Below, in pieces: positions 9,505 to 18,756 of a stretch of DNA of 64,000 nucleotides; position 1 is the stretch's first letter, and each line of letters starts with the position of its first letter. The notes under the pieces were generated by a model. That model searched no databases. It was not told the DNA's origin and saw only the letters and a list, made by a program, of their open reading frames with translations. Source of the stretch: an uncultured Acidobacteriaceae bacterium (GTDB lineage Bacteria > Acidobacteriota > Terriglobia > Terriglobales > Acidobacteriaceae); the NCBI GenBank assembly GCA_963770525.1, contig CAVYPY010000003.1, positions 445,129 through 509,128 of the forward strand, given 5' to 3'. Position numbers and translations under genes: made by a program.

Positions 9505-10062
9505 CTATTCGAAAATCAGAATCGCCGCCGCGATCGTTGTCGTCCAAAGCCCGCGCTTGTCGCCAATCGCCGACTGAGTCACGTTCGCGGTGCGCACGAT
9601 CTTGTTGGAGATGCGGTAAATCTCCTTTTTTTCGTCCCAGCTCGTGTCAGGATCGAACTCCACGTCCAGCGTGGTGGCCAGCATCTCTGCGGCCAGCTCT
9701 TCGGCGTATTCTCCTGCCTGTTCTTCGGTCTCGCCGAAGCTGTGGTGCTCGCTTAAGTAACCGTAGGTGTTACGATCACTGGGAATCGCCACCCCGATGC
9801 TGGATGCCACCAGCCGATGCGGCTCTCGTGTGGAGTTCTCGGCCACCACCGCGAAGACCACTTCGCCCGGGCTCAGATACTTCAGCCCTTCTTTGCGGGG
9901 AACCAGCTTTGCCTGGGGCGGGAAAATGGACGAGACGCGCACCAGATTCTGCGCCGCAATGCCGGCATCCCGCAGCGCCAGCTCAAACGAAGTCAGCCGT
10001 TCCTTATGTTTTCCCACGCCCTTCGTAAAGAACAGCCGTCGCGGGACCATGCTTTTTCCCAA
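9505..10062 (-). CDS. pdaD: Pyruvoyl-dependent arginine decarboxylase
   Basis: [31 protein letters not shown]...VSSIFPP is typical of the PdaD family. The start may be the ATG at 10050. Confidence 0.85.
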   Translation of the reverse strand: MGKSMVPRRLFFTKGVGKHKERLTSFELALRDAGIAAQNLVRVSSIFPPQAKLVPRKEGLKYLSPGEVVFAVVAENSTREPHRLVASSIGVAIPSDRNTYGYLSEHHSFGETEEQAGEYAEELAAEMLATTLDVEFDPDTSWDEKKEIYRISNKIVRTANVTQSAIGDKRGLWTTTIAAAILIFE

Positions 10063-10292
10063 TTTTCAATCCCTCCGGATCCTGAAACTTCTACACGCTC
10101 CCTTGCTCCGAGCTCCGTTTTCACCCTCGGAGAGGAAGGTCCCCGATGAAACGTATCATGACAGAGGCTCCGGCCGAGATTCCGGGCGCGTGAAATTCAC
10201 ACTTTTTCAATCATACGGCACCATGCGAAACACTGAAACCCGCTCCGCATCGCTATATCGGGAAGCAATGCGCAACCAGCCCGCGGTCACGC

Positions 10293-11891
10293 TTAGTGCT
10301 CGCCCATCGCCGGGGCTGCGCGTCCCGCGCGCGGCGGCCGGCGCATGATGAACGGCAGCGGAATCAGGAAAAGAATAATGATGCTCAGCCCCCAGAAGGC
10401 GTTCTGATAGCTCAGCATCTGCGCCTGACGGTTGAGTGTTTGCCAGACATTTCCCTGGGCAAACTGGGCGGCGCTGCTGGCGCTCTGTCCCAGCCGCTCC
10501 AGCGCTTCGCGGGTCATGTCGACAAAGCGCGAATACTGCGGGCTTCCCGGCACCACGTGCGAGCTCAGCGCCGAAATATGGGTTTGCTGCGTCCTCTGCA
10601 GAAACGTGGTCAGCAGAGCCGTGCCTACGGATCCGCCGATGTTGCGCGCGAAGTTCGAGAAGCTGGAAATCTGATTGTTCTTGGTGCGCGGGACGCCCAG
10701 ATAGTTCAGCGTGCTGATGGGAATGAAGACGAACGACAAGCCCATTACCTGATACGCGCGCCACAGCGTGATCTGCGCGAACGAGACGTTCAGGTCCAGG
10801 CGAGTCAGGTTAAAGAGGCCGGCCGCCGTGATCGCGTACCCAATGGCCACCAGCATGCGCGGATCGAACTTGTTCGACCCGACAATTCGTCCGGCAATGG
10901 GCATCGTCAGCATAAGAACCAGCGCCCCTGGAGACAGAACCATGCCCGCGCGCTCGGCGGTGTATCCCAGCAGCACCTGCAGAAACTGCGGGATCAGGAC
11001 CGTCGTTCCGAACAGCACCATGCCCAGCACGAACTGCAAAAAAACGGCCGTGCCGAAATTGCGGTTCTTCAGCAGCTTGAGATCGACGATGGGGTCTTCG
11101 TGCCGCCATTCCCACCAGACAAACGTCACGAGCATGACCACGGCGATGATGGCAAAGGCGGTGATGTTCGGATCTCCGAACCAGTCTTTCTCCTGGCCCT
11201 TGTCCAGCACGAACTCCAGACAGCCCACGCCAATGGAGATGAGCCCCAGTCCCATGAAATCGACCCGTCCGCCGCGGCCCTTTTCTTCCTGCAGGTACGG
11301 CGGATCTTCGACCATGCGATGAGTCAGAAACAGCGACAACAGCCCTACCGGCACATTGATAAAGAAGATCCAGTGCCAGTTGAAATTGTCAGTGATCCAG
11401 CCGCCGAGAGTAGGACCGATCGCCGGAGCCACGACCACCGCCATTCCGTAAAGCGCAAAAGCCTGTCCGCGCTTGCTGACCGGAAATGTATCCGCCAGGA
11501 TGGCCTGCTCGCTGGGCGCCAGCCCACCACCGCCTATCCCCTGCAATATGCGGAAGAAGACCAGCATCGGCAGAGAAGTCGCGAGGCCGCACAACATGGA
11601 GCAGATCGTAAACAGCGTCACGCAGGTCATGTAGAAGCGTTTGCGGCCCATGCGCGCCATCAGCCAGCCAGAGATCGGCAGAATAACGGCACTCGACACC
11701 AGATAGCTGGTCAGAACCCAGGTGGCTTCGTCCTGGCTGGCGCCGAGGGTTCCGGCCATATGGGGCAGGGCCACGTTGGCGATGGAGGTGTCGAGCACCT
11801 CCATAAAGGTCGCCAGCGTGACCGTGAGCGCCACAAGCCACGGATTATGGCTCGGGGTCCAGTTCGCCTCGTCATAATGCAGTTCTGCCAA
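10293..11891 (-). CDS. MFS drug:H+ antiporter, DHA2 (EmrB/QacA) family
   Basis: 532 aa with 14-TMS architecture. Motifs: LDTSIANVALPHM, RMGRKRF, FRILQGIGGG. Confidence 0.85.
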   Translation of the reverse strand: MAELHYDEANWTPSHNPWLVALTVTLATFMEVLDTSIANVALPHMAGTLGASQDEATWVLTSYLVSSAVILPISGWLMARMGRKRFYMTCVTLFTICSMLCGLATSLPMLVFFRILQGIGGGGLAPSEQAILADTFPVSKRGQAFALYGMAVVVAPAIGPTLGGWITDNFNWHWIFFINVPVGLLSLFLTHRMVEDPPYLQEEKGRGGRVDFMGLGLISIGVGCLEFVLDKGQEKDWFGDPNITAFAIIAVVMLVTFVWWEWRHEDPIVDLKLLKNRNFGTAVFLQFVLGMVLFGTTVLIPQFLQVLLGYTAERAGMVLSPGALVLMLTMPIAGRIVGSNKFDPRMLVAIGYAITAAGLFNLTRLDLNVSFAQITLWRAYQVMGLSFVFIPISTLNYLGVPRTKNNQISSFSNFARNIGGSVGTALLTTFLQRTQQTHISALSSHVVPGSPQYSRFVDMTREALERLGQSASSAAQFAQGNVWQTLNRQAQMLSYQNAFWGLSIIILFLIPLPFIMRRPPRAGRAAPAMGEH

Positions 11892-12136
11892 TCGCTTGTC
11901 CGTGCCGCTCGGTGTTTTCGACTGCTGCGCAGATCACGCGCTCTCCGGAATGCGCAGGCATTTCCTGAGGAGCGCCCCAAATCGGCGGACGCCAGAGCGG
12001 ATCAATGAGAATGGAACAGGTTTTAGATTAGCAGCAGCGGATTGGGGACTCTTTTTGGTGTCCGCCACCCTCAGGCGTGGCCTGAGGCGGCCGGTTCCGG
12101 CTGAGGACTGGTTCCGGCGGAGGACTCGTCCACGCG

Positions 12137-13285
12137 CTACTGTGCGCCTTTAAAGACATCTTCCGCGTAGTAGTTCACCACCCGCGCCTGGTCGCGCAGC
12201 ATTTCCAGATAAGCATTTTTCAGCAGCTGCTCGCGGCTGTCCCGCAACTGCTGGCGAATGTCCTGCTGCACGCGAGGATCGTTCAGTTCCCGCTGCCCCG
12301 CCGCCAGGCGATCGATGAGCTTAAAAATCTGATAGCCCACGGGCTGTTTGGAATTGGGCGACGGGTAGATGGGCATAATGTCGGTGATCTGTCCCGGCTT
12401 CAGCTTCGTGATCGCGGCATAGAGAGCCGGATCCTGGCGCAACTGGGAGTCCTGCACAAAGCCCATGTCACCGCCATTGCCCGCCGTGTTCGGATTCTCC
12501 GAGAAGTTCATGGCCAGCGCGCCGAAATCGTCGCCACTCTCCAGCCGGTTATACAGCGTCTCGATCTTCCGTTTGGCTTCCGCCTCATTCATCGCCTTAC
12601 TGTTCTGCAGATTGCCCACCTGCTGCGGCGGCATCGGCTGCGCGGTCACCACAATCTGCGCCAGGTGATAACGGGGTTCGATGAGATTGAAATCTGCCTT
12701 GTGCTCGTTGTAGTAGTTCGTGATGTCGGCGTCGGTGATGTTGATCCGGGAGGTGATTTCCTTGTTGAAGAGTTTCTCTTCGGTCCGATTCCGGCGGATC
12801 TCCCGCTTCAGATCGTCCAGGGTCATATGTTGCGAATCCAGTTTCTTCTGAAACTCCTCTTTCGTGAACGGCGCCTTGAACTCGTTCAGCTGATCGTTCA
12901 CTTCCTCATCGGTCGCCACCAGATTCTGTTTTTCCGCCCGCTGCATCACGATCTCCTGATCGATCAGCTGACGCAGAATATTCAGGCGCATGATGTCCGC
13001 CTGCACCTTCGAGGGCTGCTGGTGCGAGTCTCCCAGGTTGTTCTGGAAGATGGTTTCCACTTCCGCTCGCTCGATCGGCTTTCCGTTCACGGTGGCCAGC
13101 GTGTTGGGGTCGTGAGCGCGCTGGCAGCCACCCAGCAGCGCCAGGGCGACCCCCAGAACAGCAACCTTCAGGATCCGAGGTGGGAATGGGGAATCCAGGA
13201 CAGCCAATGAAACCGATCGAGATGGCAAAAATCTTCTCCCTGCTGGCGCGCCGCGAATCGGGGTACGGCGCTTATGATTCAGCAT
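12137..13285 (-). CDS. SurA-like periplasmic chaperone / PpiC-type peptidyl-prolyl isomerase (lipoprotein signal)
   Basis: LALLGGCQ lipobox, SurA_N-like region, and parvulin-like C-terminal part (MGFVQDSQL...LKPGQITDIMP). The true start is uncertain and may be internal, near 13207. Confidence 0.75.
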   Translation of the reverse strand: MLNHKRRTPIRGAPAGRRFLPSRSVSLAVLDSPFPPRILKVAVLGVALALLGGCQRAHDPNTLATVNGKPIERAEVETIFQNNLGDSHQQPSKVQADIMRLNILRQLIDQEIVMQRAEKQNLVATDEEVNDQLNEFKAPFTKEEFQKKLDSQHMTLDDLKREIRRNRTEEKLFNKEITSRINITDADITNYYNEHKADFNLIEPRYHLAQIVVTAQPMPPQQVGNLQNSKAMNEAEAKRKIETLYNRLESGDDFGALAMNFSENPNTAGNGGDMGFVQDSQLRQDPALYAAITKLKPGQITDIMPIYPSPNSKQPVGYQIFKLIDRLAAGQRELNDPRVQQDIRQQLRDSREQLLKNAYLEMLRDQARVVNYYAEDVFKGAQ

Positions 13286-13312
13286 AATGCGGTCCCCGAG
13301 CCCTGCAAAGAC

Positions 13313-14326
13313 TCATTTCGCCGCGGCCGGGCTCGCCGGACTCGGGCTCTCCGCCGGCGGCGCGATTCCCTGCTCCCGCAGGGCCCGGTCGATCATGATC
13401 CACAACTCGTGCTCGTCCAGCTGCCCCGCCCAGCGCTCCCCGTTCACGAAGAAGGTCGGCGTGGCGTTCACGCCCGCCCGGTCTCCCGCCTTCATTTCGG
13501 CGATGATCCCGTGGTCGTCCTGCTTCGCCACGCAGGCGTTCAGCTGCGTCCCGTCCAGATGTTCCCGCGTACCTTCCTGGCTGGCCAGCTTGTCCAGCAT
13601 GGCCGCTGATTTGGCCGTATCGTGAGACGGGCCGCTCACATCCTCGCCATGGGTGTGCAGATAATCGACGTAATTCCAGTAGGCCGTTTGGTTCTGGACT
13701 GCCAGGCAGTTCGCATCTACCGCCGCGTGCATCGCCCAGGGATGGATCTCGACCAGCGGGTAATCCAGATAGATGAAATTCACCAGGCCCTTGTAGTGTT
13801 CCAGCGTGTCGGGAAAGAACTCCGCGTTCATCCGCGCGCAGTAGGGGCACTCCAGGTCGTCGAAGTTGACGATCGTCACCTTCGCCTGCGAATTGCCGCG
13901 AACGGGCCGGCCCTCGGTCGGCAGCGTCGTCGCGGGATCCTTTCCCAGATCCCATCTGGACAGACGGGCCAGCGTGTTGCCGTCTTTCGAGAGCAGGAAG
14001 TTCACCGTCTGCGACCGGCTCGGCTCGCTGGGCAGTGAAAATGTCACCGGGATGGTGTCAAAGCCCACCAGGTCGCTCTTCTCACGCGCCCCGATGGTCA
14101 CCTGGTATTCCGGCGGCACGCTCAGCTCCGACCGGATCATGATTTCAATCTTCCGATTCAACGATGCAGGCGCCGGCAGAACTGGGGTATCCGTCTGCTG
14201 CGCGACGCACCCGGCTGCCAGAATCAAGGCGCCGCAAAAAAGCAAAAACCTGCTCAACAAGAAAAACCGCCTTCTCGGCTCAAAGCCAACATTACTGGGA
14301 TCACTTCCTTCATTATCGCAGTTCAC
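13313..14326 (-). CDS. DsbA-family thiol:disulfide oxidoreductase (lipoprotein)
   Basis: Lipobox LAAGC. Thioredoxin-fold CPYC motif (VNFDDLECPYCARM). Confidence 0.75.
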   Translation of the reverse strand: MNCDNEGSDPSNVGFEPRRRFFLLSRFLLFCGALILAAGCVAQQTDTPVLPAPASLNRKIEIMIRSELSVPPEYQVTIGAREKSDLVGFDTIPVTFSLPSEPSRSQTVNFLLSKDGNTLARLSRWDLGKDPATTLPTEGRPVRGNSQAKVTIVNFDDLECPYCARMNAEFFPDTLEHYKGLVNFIYLDYPLVEIHPWAMHAAVDANCLAVQNQTAYWNYVDYLHTHGEDVSGPSHDTAKSAAMLDKLASQEGTREHLDGTQLNACVAKQDDHGIIAEMKAGDRAGVNATPTFFVNGERWAGQLDEHELWIMIDRALREQGIAPPAESPSPASPAAAK

Positions 14327-14349
14327 CCGACGTCAGGCTTCCAAACCCG

Positions 14350-16839
14350 TCAAAACAGGCTGATCCGGTGAGTCAGATCGCCCACATTCGACATGCCGGC
14401 AAAATTGAAGGTCCAGAAATACTCGGTGTCGTCACGGATCGAGCCCAGCGAAAACCGGCGATACTGGAAATCGATACCGCAGCAATCCCAGTTGTACTGT
14501 ACCTGGGCCGCTCCAAATTGCAGCTGCTGGTGCACCAGATCGTACGTCGTATTCAGCCCCTCGCTCAGCCCCAGATGATTCGCTGCCCCGTGCGTCGCCA
14601 GCAGATGGATCTGGTTGTACTGAGTCGGCGCATTCGGCGATTGCGGCGGCGACTTGGCGGTGGTCAGCGGCGTGTATCCCAGGGGCACATTCATGTACGC
14701 ATCCCCAAACTGCAGCTTCCACAGGCCCGTCCGATATCCCGCAAACAGATTGCTCGAAGTGATCTTCCCTTCCTTCACGTCGTAGTCCAGATCCCACTCC
14801 CCATCCGTGGTCCCACTGGTCCGCAGCCGCAGCCGCGAAATCACCGGAGTGGTGTGCCGCGGCTCCGTCAGGAAGTCGATTCCTGTGAAATCGAGCGTTG
14901 TATCGAGCGGGTTCGGCGTACCCCGCGTGATCGCATGATCGAAATCCGGCTCGAAATAGTACTTCTGCGCGACCCGCCAGGTGAGCCAGTCCCTCGATCC
15001 CCCGCCGCACAGCACATCCGGGCCGAGCGCTTCGTCACCCTTGCACGGATGTGGAGGCAGATGCCGCAGAAACAGCCGTTGCGTCAATCCGTACTCCAGC
15101 TCGTTGGTGTTGCTCGCCACATCCGTCTGGTCGAATCGCAGAATCTGCCGGAAGTTATTGATCCCGGTGACGTACCGATAGGACACAGCCGGCTCAATCG
15201 TGTGGCGCACGTCACCGCCCAGCAGATGCACAAGCCATGGCGGAGAGAAATCTCGTTCCAGCGCTGGCGGCCGCAGCTCAAACCCCATCTCCACGTCGCT
15301 GCGCGCGACGTCTTCCGTGCGCACCGTCGGGATCTGCTCCAGATCCGCAGGATCCTGGCTCTTCCCATACCAGGTCTCGCGGAACGCCGCTTCCGGCCGA
15401 AAGGTCCAGCCATCGAAATGCAGCGGCAGAGAAGCGCGGGGGTAAAAGTCCACACGGGGCACCCCCGCCGTCGTCCGGAAACTCGGGTAGTCGTACCGGG
15501 ATATTGCACCCGCCGACCCGTCGAACCCCCACATGACACCCGACACGCTCTGCGGCCCACCCAGCCGCCGGTCCGCCGTGGCCACATCGACCTCCGGGAG
15601 ATGCAGGATTCGCACTTCGTCGCCCGTGATCGCCGCGCTCTGGAAATCCTGGTACCGATTCATGCGCAGGCTCTCCCACATGTCGTGGTTCTCGTGGGTC
15701 ACAAAGAGCTGCGATTTCACCTCGGAGTTGATCGCGATTGCGTAATCTTCCTCCCACACCAGCCGATAGATGTAGGAACTCAGATACTCCGCATCCACTA
15801 CCCCTGTCGTATGTGGCGTGAAATCGTAGCGGCCGTCGGCCGCGACATCCACCCCTCCCTGGTTCGCTCCGCGCTGTCCGTTTGGCAACAGAACGCCTTC
15901 ATCCAGGAGGCTGTGAAAGCGGACGTTCGCGAAATTCCGCTCCAGTCCCCGGTACCGGAACAACCCGTTGGGCGCGAATCCCCGGTTCGACCACCATTGC
16001 GACGCCACCATCAGGTCCGCGCTCCGCCCCAGCGTCAGGTAGACACCCTCCCCGATCATGAATCCCCTCGTCGTGTCATCTCCGAAATAGGGAATCAGAA
16101 TCCCCGACGACCGCTGCACATCCACTGCGTGCGTCATGTAGGGGAGGAAAAGCAATGGCAGGTGGAACCACTGAAACGTGGCGTTTTTTGCGCGTGCGAC
16201 GCCGTTGTCGAGCGCGATATTCCGCGACAGAATCCGCCAGTCCGGCTTCGGCAGCCGACACGAAGTCATCGTTCCGTGAATAACCCGATAGTGCCCCTTG
16301 CCCAGTTGCAAAACCTCGCGGCCGGTAAGGGCAAAGGGATTCGGCGCGGTAAACACCATCCGGCCGCGCGGCGTGCGCTCCACCCCCAGCGTGCCCACGA
16401 CATCAAAGAAGTCGCCCGTATCCTGCTGCACGTTGGTGGTTCCGTGGCTGGCTTCGAAATGCTCATCGTCCGGGCCGCCATCCACCATCAGGTGCCCCTG
16501 CGCCACCACTTCGCCGGTTGTGGCGTTGTAGGTCGCGTGGTCGGTGTGGATGATATAGAGCCGGTAATACAGGACCACATTGCCGTCCAGGGTATAAACG
16601 GTCCCGTTCTTCGTCTCTTCCCGCGTCTGCGTATCGGCAATGATTTTTACCGGTACCCCGGGGCTCGGTTGCGGCACAACATGCGCCTGTGGAATCGAGC
16701 TGTGCAGGCTGGGATCGTCAGGCAGGCTTGCTGCAGGACGACCTTGTGCGGGGGGAAGCTGCGTGGTTACCGCCTGCGCTCGGAGTCGCGGATGACACAG
16801 CAGATACAGCGTGATACACCAAAACAAGCGGGTTCTCAT
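14350..16839 (-). CDS. lptD: LPS-assembly outer-membrane protein LptD (OstA)
   Basis: About 830 aa. Signal peptide MRTRLFWCITLYLLCHPRLRAQ, OstA-like N-terminal domain and a large beta-barrel that ends with an aromatic residue (..HRISLF). Confidence 0.8.
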   Translation of the reverse strand: MRTRLFWCITLYLLCHPRLRAQAVTTQLPPAQGRPAASLPDDPSLHSSIPQAHVVPQPSPGVPVKIIADTQTREETKNGTVYTLDGNVVLYYRLYIIHTDHATYNATTGEVVAQGHLMVDGGPDDEHFEASHGTTNVQQDTGDFFDVVGTLGVERTPRGRMVFTAPNPFALTGREVLQLGKGHYRVIHGTMTSCRLPKPDWRILSRNIALDNGVARAKNATFQWFHLPLLFLPYMTHAVDVQRSSGILIPYFGDDTTRGFMIGEGVYLTLGRSADLMVASQWWSNRGFAPNGLFRYRGLERNFANVRFHSLLDEGVLLPNGQRGANQGGVDVAADGRYDFTPHTTGVVDAEYLSSYIYRLVWEEDYAIAINSEVKSQLFVTHENHDMWESLRMNRYQDFQSAAITGDEVRILHLPEVDVATADRRLGGPQSVSGVMWGFDGSAGAISRYDYPSFRTTAGVPRVDFYPRASLPLHFDGWTFRPEAAFRETWYGKSQDPADLEQIPTVRTEDVARSDVEMGFELRPPALERDFSPPWLVHLLGGDVRHTIEPAVSYRYVTGINNFRQILRFDQTDVASNTNELEYGLTQRLFLRHLPPHPCKGDEALGPDVLCGGGSRDWLTWRVAQKYYFEPDFDHAITRGTPNPLDTTLDFTGIDFLTEPRHTTPVISRLRLRTSGTTDGEWDLDYDVKEGKITSSNLFAGYRTGLWKLQFGDAYMNVPLGYTPLTTAKSPPQSPNAPTQYNQIHLLATHGAANHLGLSEGLNTTYDLVHQQLQFGAAQVQYNWDCCGIDFQYRRFSLGSIRDDTEYFWTFNFAGMSNVGDLTHRISLF

Positions 16840-16956
16840 CGCGCGCGGCAACTCCAGCATAGCAAAGCAGAATGCGGATTCTCCGGCGCGACACGTGCCT
16901 GCCGCCCGATTTGGGAGTCTTTGACACCCCGGTTATCACCGGGTACCACCCCGGGG

Positions 16957-18261
16957 ATGATCCCTGCTGCAGTTTTCAACCCGACGAGGATTGATTTGAC
17001 GCCGCTCACGACCGACCTTCCCCCTTCGACCTCCACGGCGCCCATCCCCGTTCCTCCCACGCCGTCCTGGAAGAATGAAGTCACGGCGCGAGTCCGTGCG
17101 CATCGCACGCGACGCTCCCCGTCCTCCGAAGACCAGCCCGCCCTCCCGGGACTGGAGAACGCGCTCGGCCCCTCGACCATTGCCGCTCGCGTAGCCGAAC
17201 GCTACGCCCGCGTGCCTTCCTATAGAGACGTTCTCGCGGCCCAGGCTGCCGCAGCCGAAGCCGAAGCGGCCGCCGAGGCGAGGGCCGCCGCTCGCGCCGC
17301 CATCTCCCCGACTGTCACGCCGACCCTTGAGCCTTCCCAGGAACCGCTCCTCCCGGATGAGCCGGTCGAACAGCCCTGGCAGCCCGATCTGCTTCGCTAT
17401 TTCGTCAGCACGGATTCGCTGCCCCCTGCGCCATCCACCCCGGCGGAAGCCCGCGTTTCGGCACATCGCTCGGTGGACATGCCCGAAACTGGAGCCGATC
17501 CTCTCGAGGATGCGGTTGTGGAGCCCGCGCATCCCCTGCCGGCGCGCGTGCTGGCCTTCCCGCGCGAGCTGATCGCGCCCCGCAAAGCGCGCCCTCGCCG
17601 GGCTGAAGGCCCCCTTCGCGAGGATTCCTCGCCTCAGGTCGATCCCGCAGAGGCCCGGCAGGAGCTCCCGACCCGCTCCGACTCTGACCCCGGCGAACTT
17701 CGCATTTTTGAAGCCGAGCCTGCCCGGCCGCCCTTATCGCCGGCGCAGGACCCGCCGGAATGGCTTTCCATTCACCTGGACGCGGAGACCTCCATGCCCC
17801 CGACGAAGCAATCCGCGCGGAACACCTCTCTGGACGACCTGCCCCTGCATGTCGCGCCCCTCGGGCACCGGGCCATGGCCGGTCTGGTGGACTTTTCCCT
17901 CACGCTGGCCGCTTTTCTTCTCTTCATTGTGGTCTTCGCGGCCTCGACCACCCATCTGCCCTCCGGCCGCGTGGCCCTCATTGGTTCCGGCGCTATCCTG
18001 CTGATCATGTGGGTGTTGTACCAGTTCCTCTTCTTCACCCTTACGGATGCGACCCCGGGAATGCGCTACGCGAAGATCGCGCTCTGCACCTTTGACGACG
18101 AAAATCCCGCCCGCTCCGCCATGCGCGGTCGGATCGTCGCGATGCTCCTGTCGGCCCTGCCCCTGGGTCTCGGTTTTCTGTGGGCACTCTTCGACGAGGA
18201 CACTCTCGGCTGGCACGACCGCATCACGAGAACGTATCAGCGGAGCTATCGCCCGGAATAG
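16957..18261 (+). CDS. RDD-family membrane protein with a long Pro/Ala-rich N-terminal region
   Basis: Only the 3' third of the 1365-aa track ORF is credible. ATG at 16957. The C-terminal RDD domain reads GHRAMAGLVDFSL...TPGMRYAKI...LGWHDRITRT. Confidence 0.75.
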   Translation: MIPAAVFNPTRIDLTPLTTDLPPSTSTAPIPVPPTPSWKNEVTARVRAHRTRRSPSSEDQPALPGLENALGPSTIAARVAERYARVPSYRDVLAAQAAAAEAEAAAEARAAARAAISPTVTPTLEPSQEPLLPDEPVEQPWQPDLLRYFVSTDSLPPAPSTPAEARVSAHRSVDMPETGADPLEDAVVEPAHPLPARVLAFPRELIAPRKARPRRAEGPLREDSSPQVDPAEARQELPTRSDSDPGELRIFEAEPARPPLSPAQDPPEWLSIHLDAETSMPPTKQSARNTSLDDLPLHVAPLGHRAMAGLVDFSLTLAAFLLFIVVFAASTTHLPSGRVALIGSGAILLIMWVLYQFLFFTLTDATPGMRYAKIALCTFDDENPARSAMRGRIVAMLLSALPLGLGFLWALFDEDTLGWHDRITRTYQRSYRPE

Positions 18262-18322
18262 TCGTGTGCATGGCAACCGACTTGTACGACTTTTAACGCA
18301 AAATTAGCATCACAATAATGCT

Positions 18323-18724
18323 GTGAACAGCTTTGCCTCCACACCGCATTCTGCCCCAGCTGCAAAGTTCGGGCCCTATCATGGCCAATATGAAGGACAT
18401 GCTCGGGTCTCGATGGTTCTCTCCCTGGCCGAGACTATCTGCCTGATCGTCCTTCCGTGGATCCTCGGATGGACTGAGATGATCCGAAATCCCGATATGG
18501 CTTATCTGAAGGATCTGCCCATGTCACCGGGCTGGCTGGCGGTCGTCGACTTCATCGGCATCTTTGCCGCGTACGCTTACTACTCGCTGTATAAGCGCAT
18601 CAGTGCCAGAATTGCCGAGGGAATGCCAGGCTACGCTTTTCTCGACCGAGTCCGGCTCCGCCTCACCCTGCTGTCCCATACGGTCCTCATCCTGGTCATT
18701 TTCCTCGTTCTCAAGATTCGCTGA
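18323..18724 (+). CDS. Hypothetical small membrane protein
   Basis: 133-aa ORF with a GTG start and 3 predicted hydrophobic helices. No family recognised. Confidence 0.4.
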   Translation: MNSFASTPHSAPAAKFGPYHGQYEGHARVSMVLSLAETICLIVLPWILGWTEMIRNPDMAYLKDLPMSPGWLAVVDFIGIFAAYAYYSLYKRISARIAEGMPGYAFLDRVRLRLTLLSHTVLILVIFLVLKIR

Positions 18725-18756
18725 ACCCACTCGAGGCTCAGTGAATCCCTCGCCGT

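Noticed and set aside
10146-10200. 15-codon + strand mini-ORF (MKRIMTEAPAEIPGA) with an upstream GGAGAGGAAGG, and the palindrome GTGAAATTCAC (10190-10200), between pdaD and the MFS gene.
   Set aside because: No + strand gene lies downstream for a leader peptide to regulate, and the palindrome is short. I noted both only as a possible operator for the - strand polyamine operon; they are not supported well enough to be a feature.
8149-12008. Long + strand ORFs 8149..9756 (535 aa) and 10296..12008 (570 aa).
   Set aside because: They are antisense to aguA/aguB and to the DHA2 MFS gene and have the same Arg-rich artefact composition. The - strand genes have clear family motifs.
14164-16956. The 5' two-thirds of the 1365-aa + strand ORF (14164..18261).
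   Set aside because: It lies antisense to lptD and the DsbA-like gene, has Arg/Pro/His/Gln-rich low-complexity composition, and shows no motifs. Only the part from the ATG at 16957 (the RDD protein) is credible. This is a typical high-GC antisense ORF.
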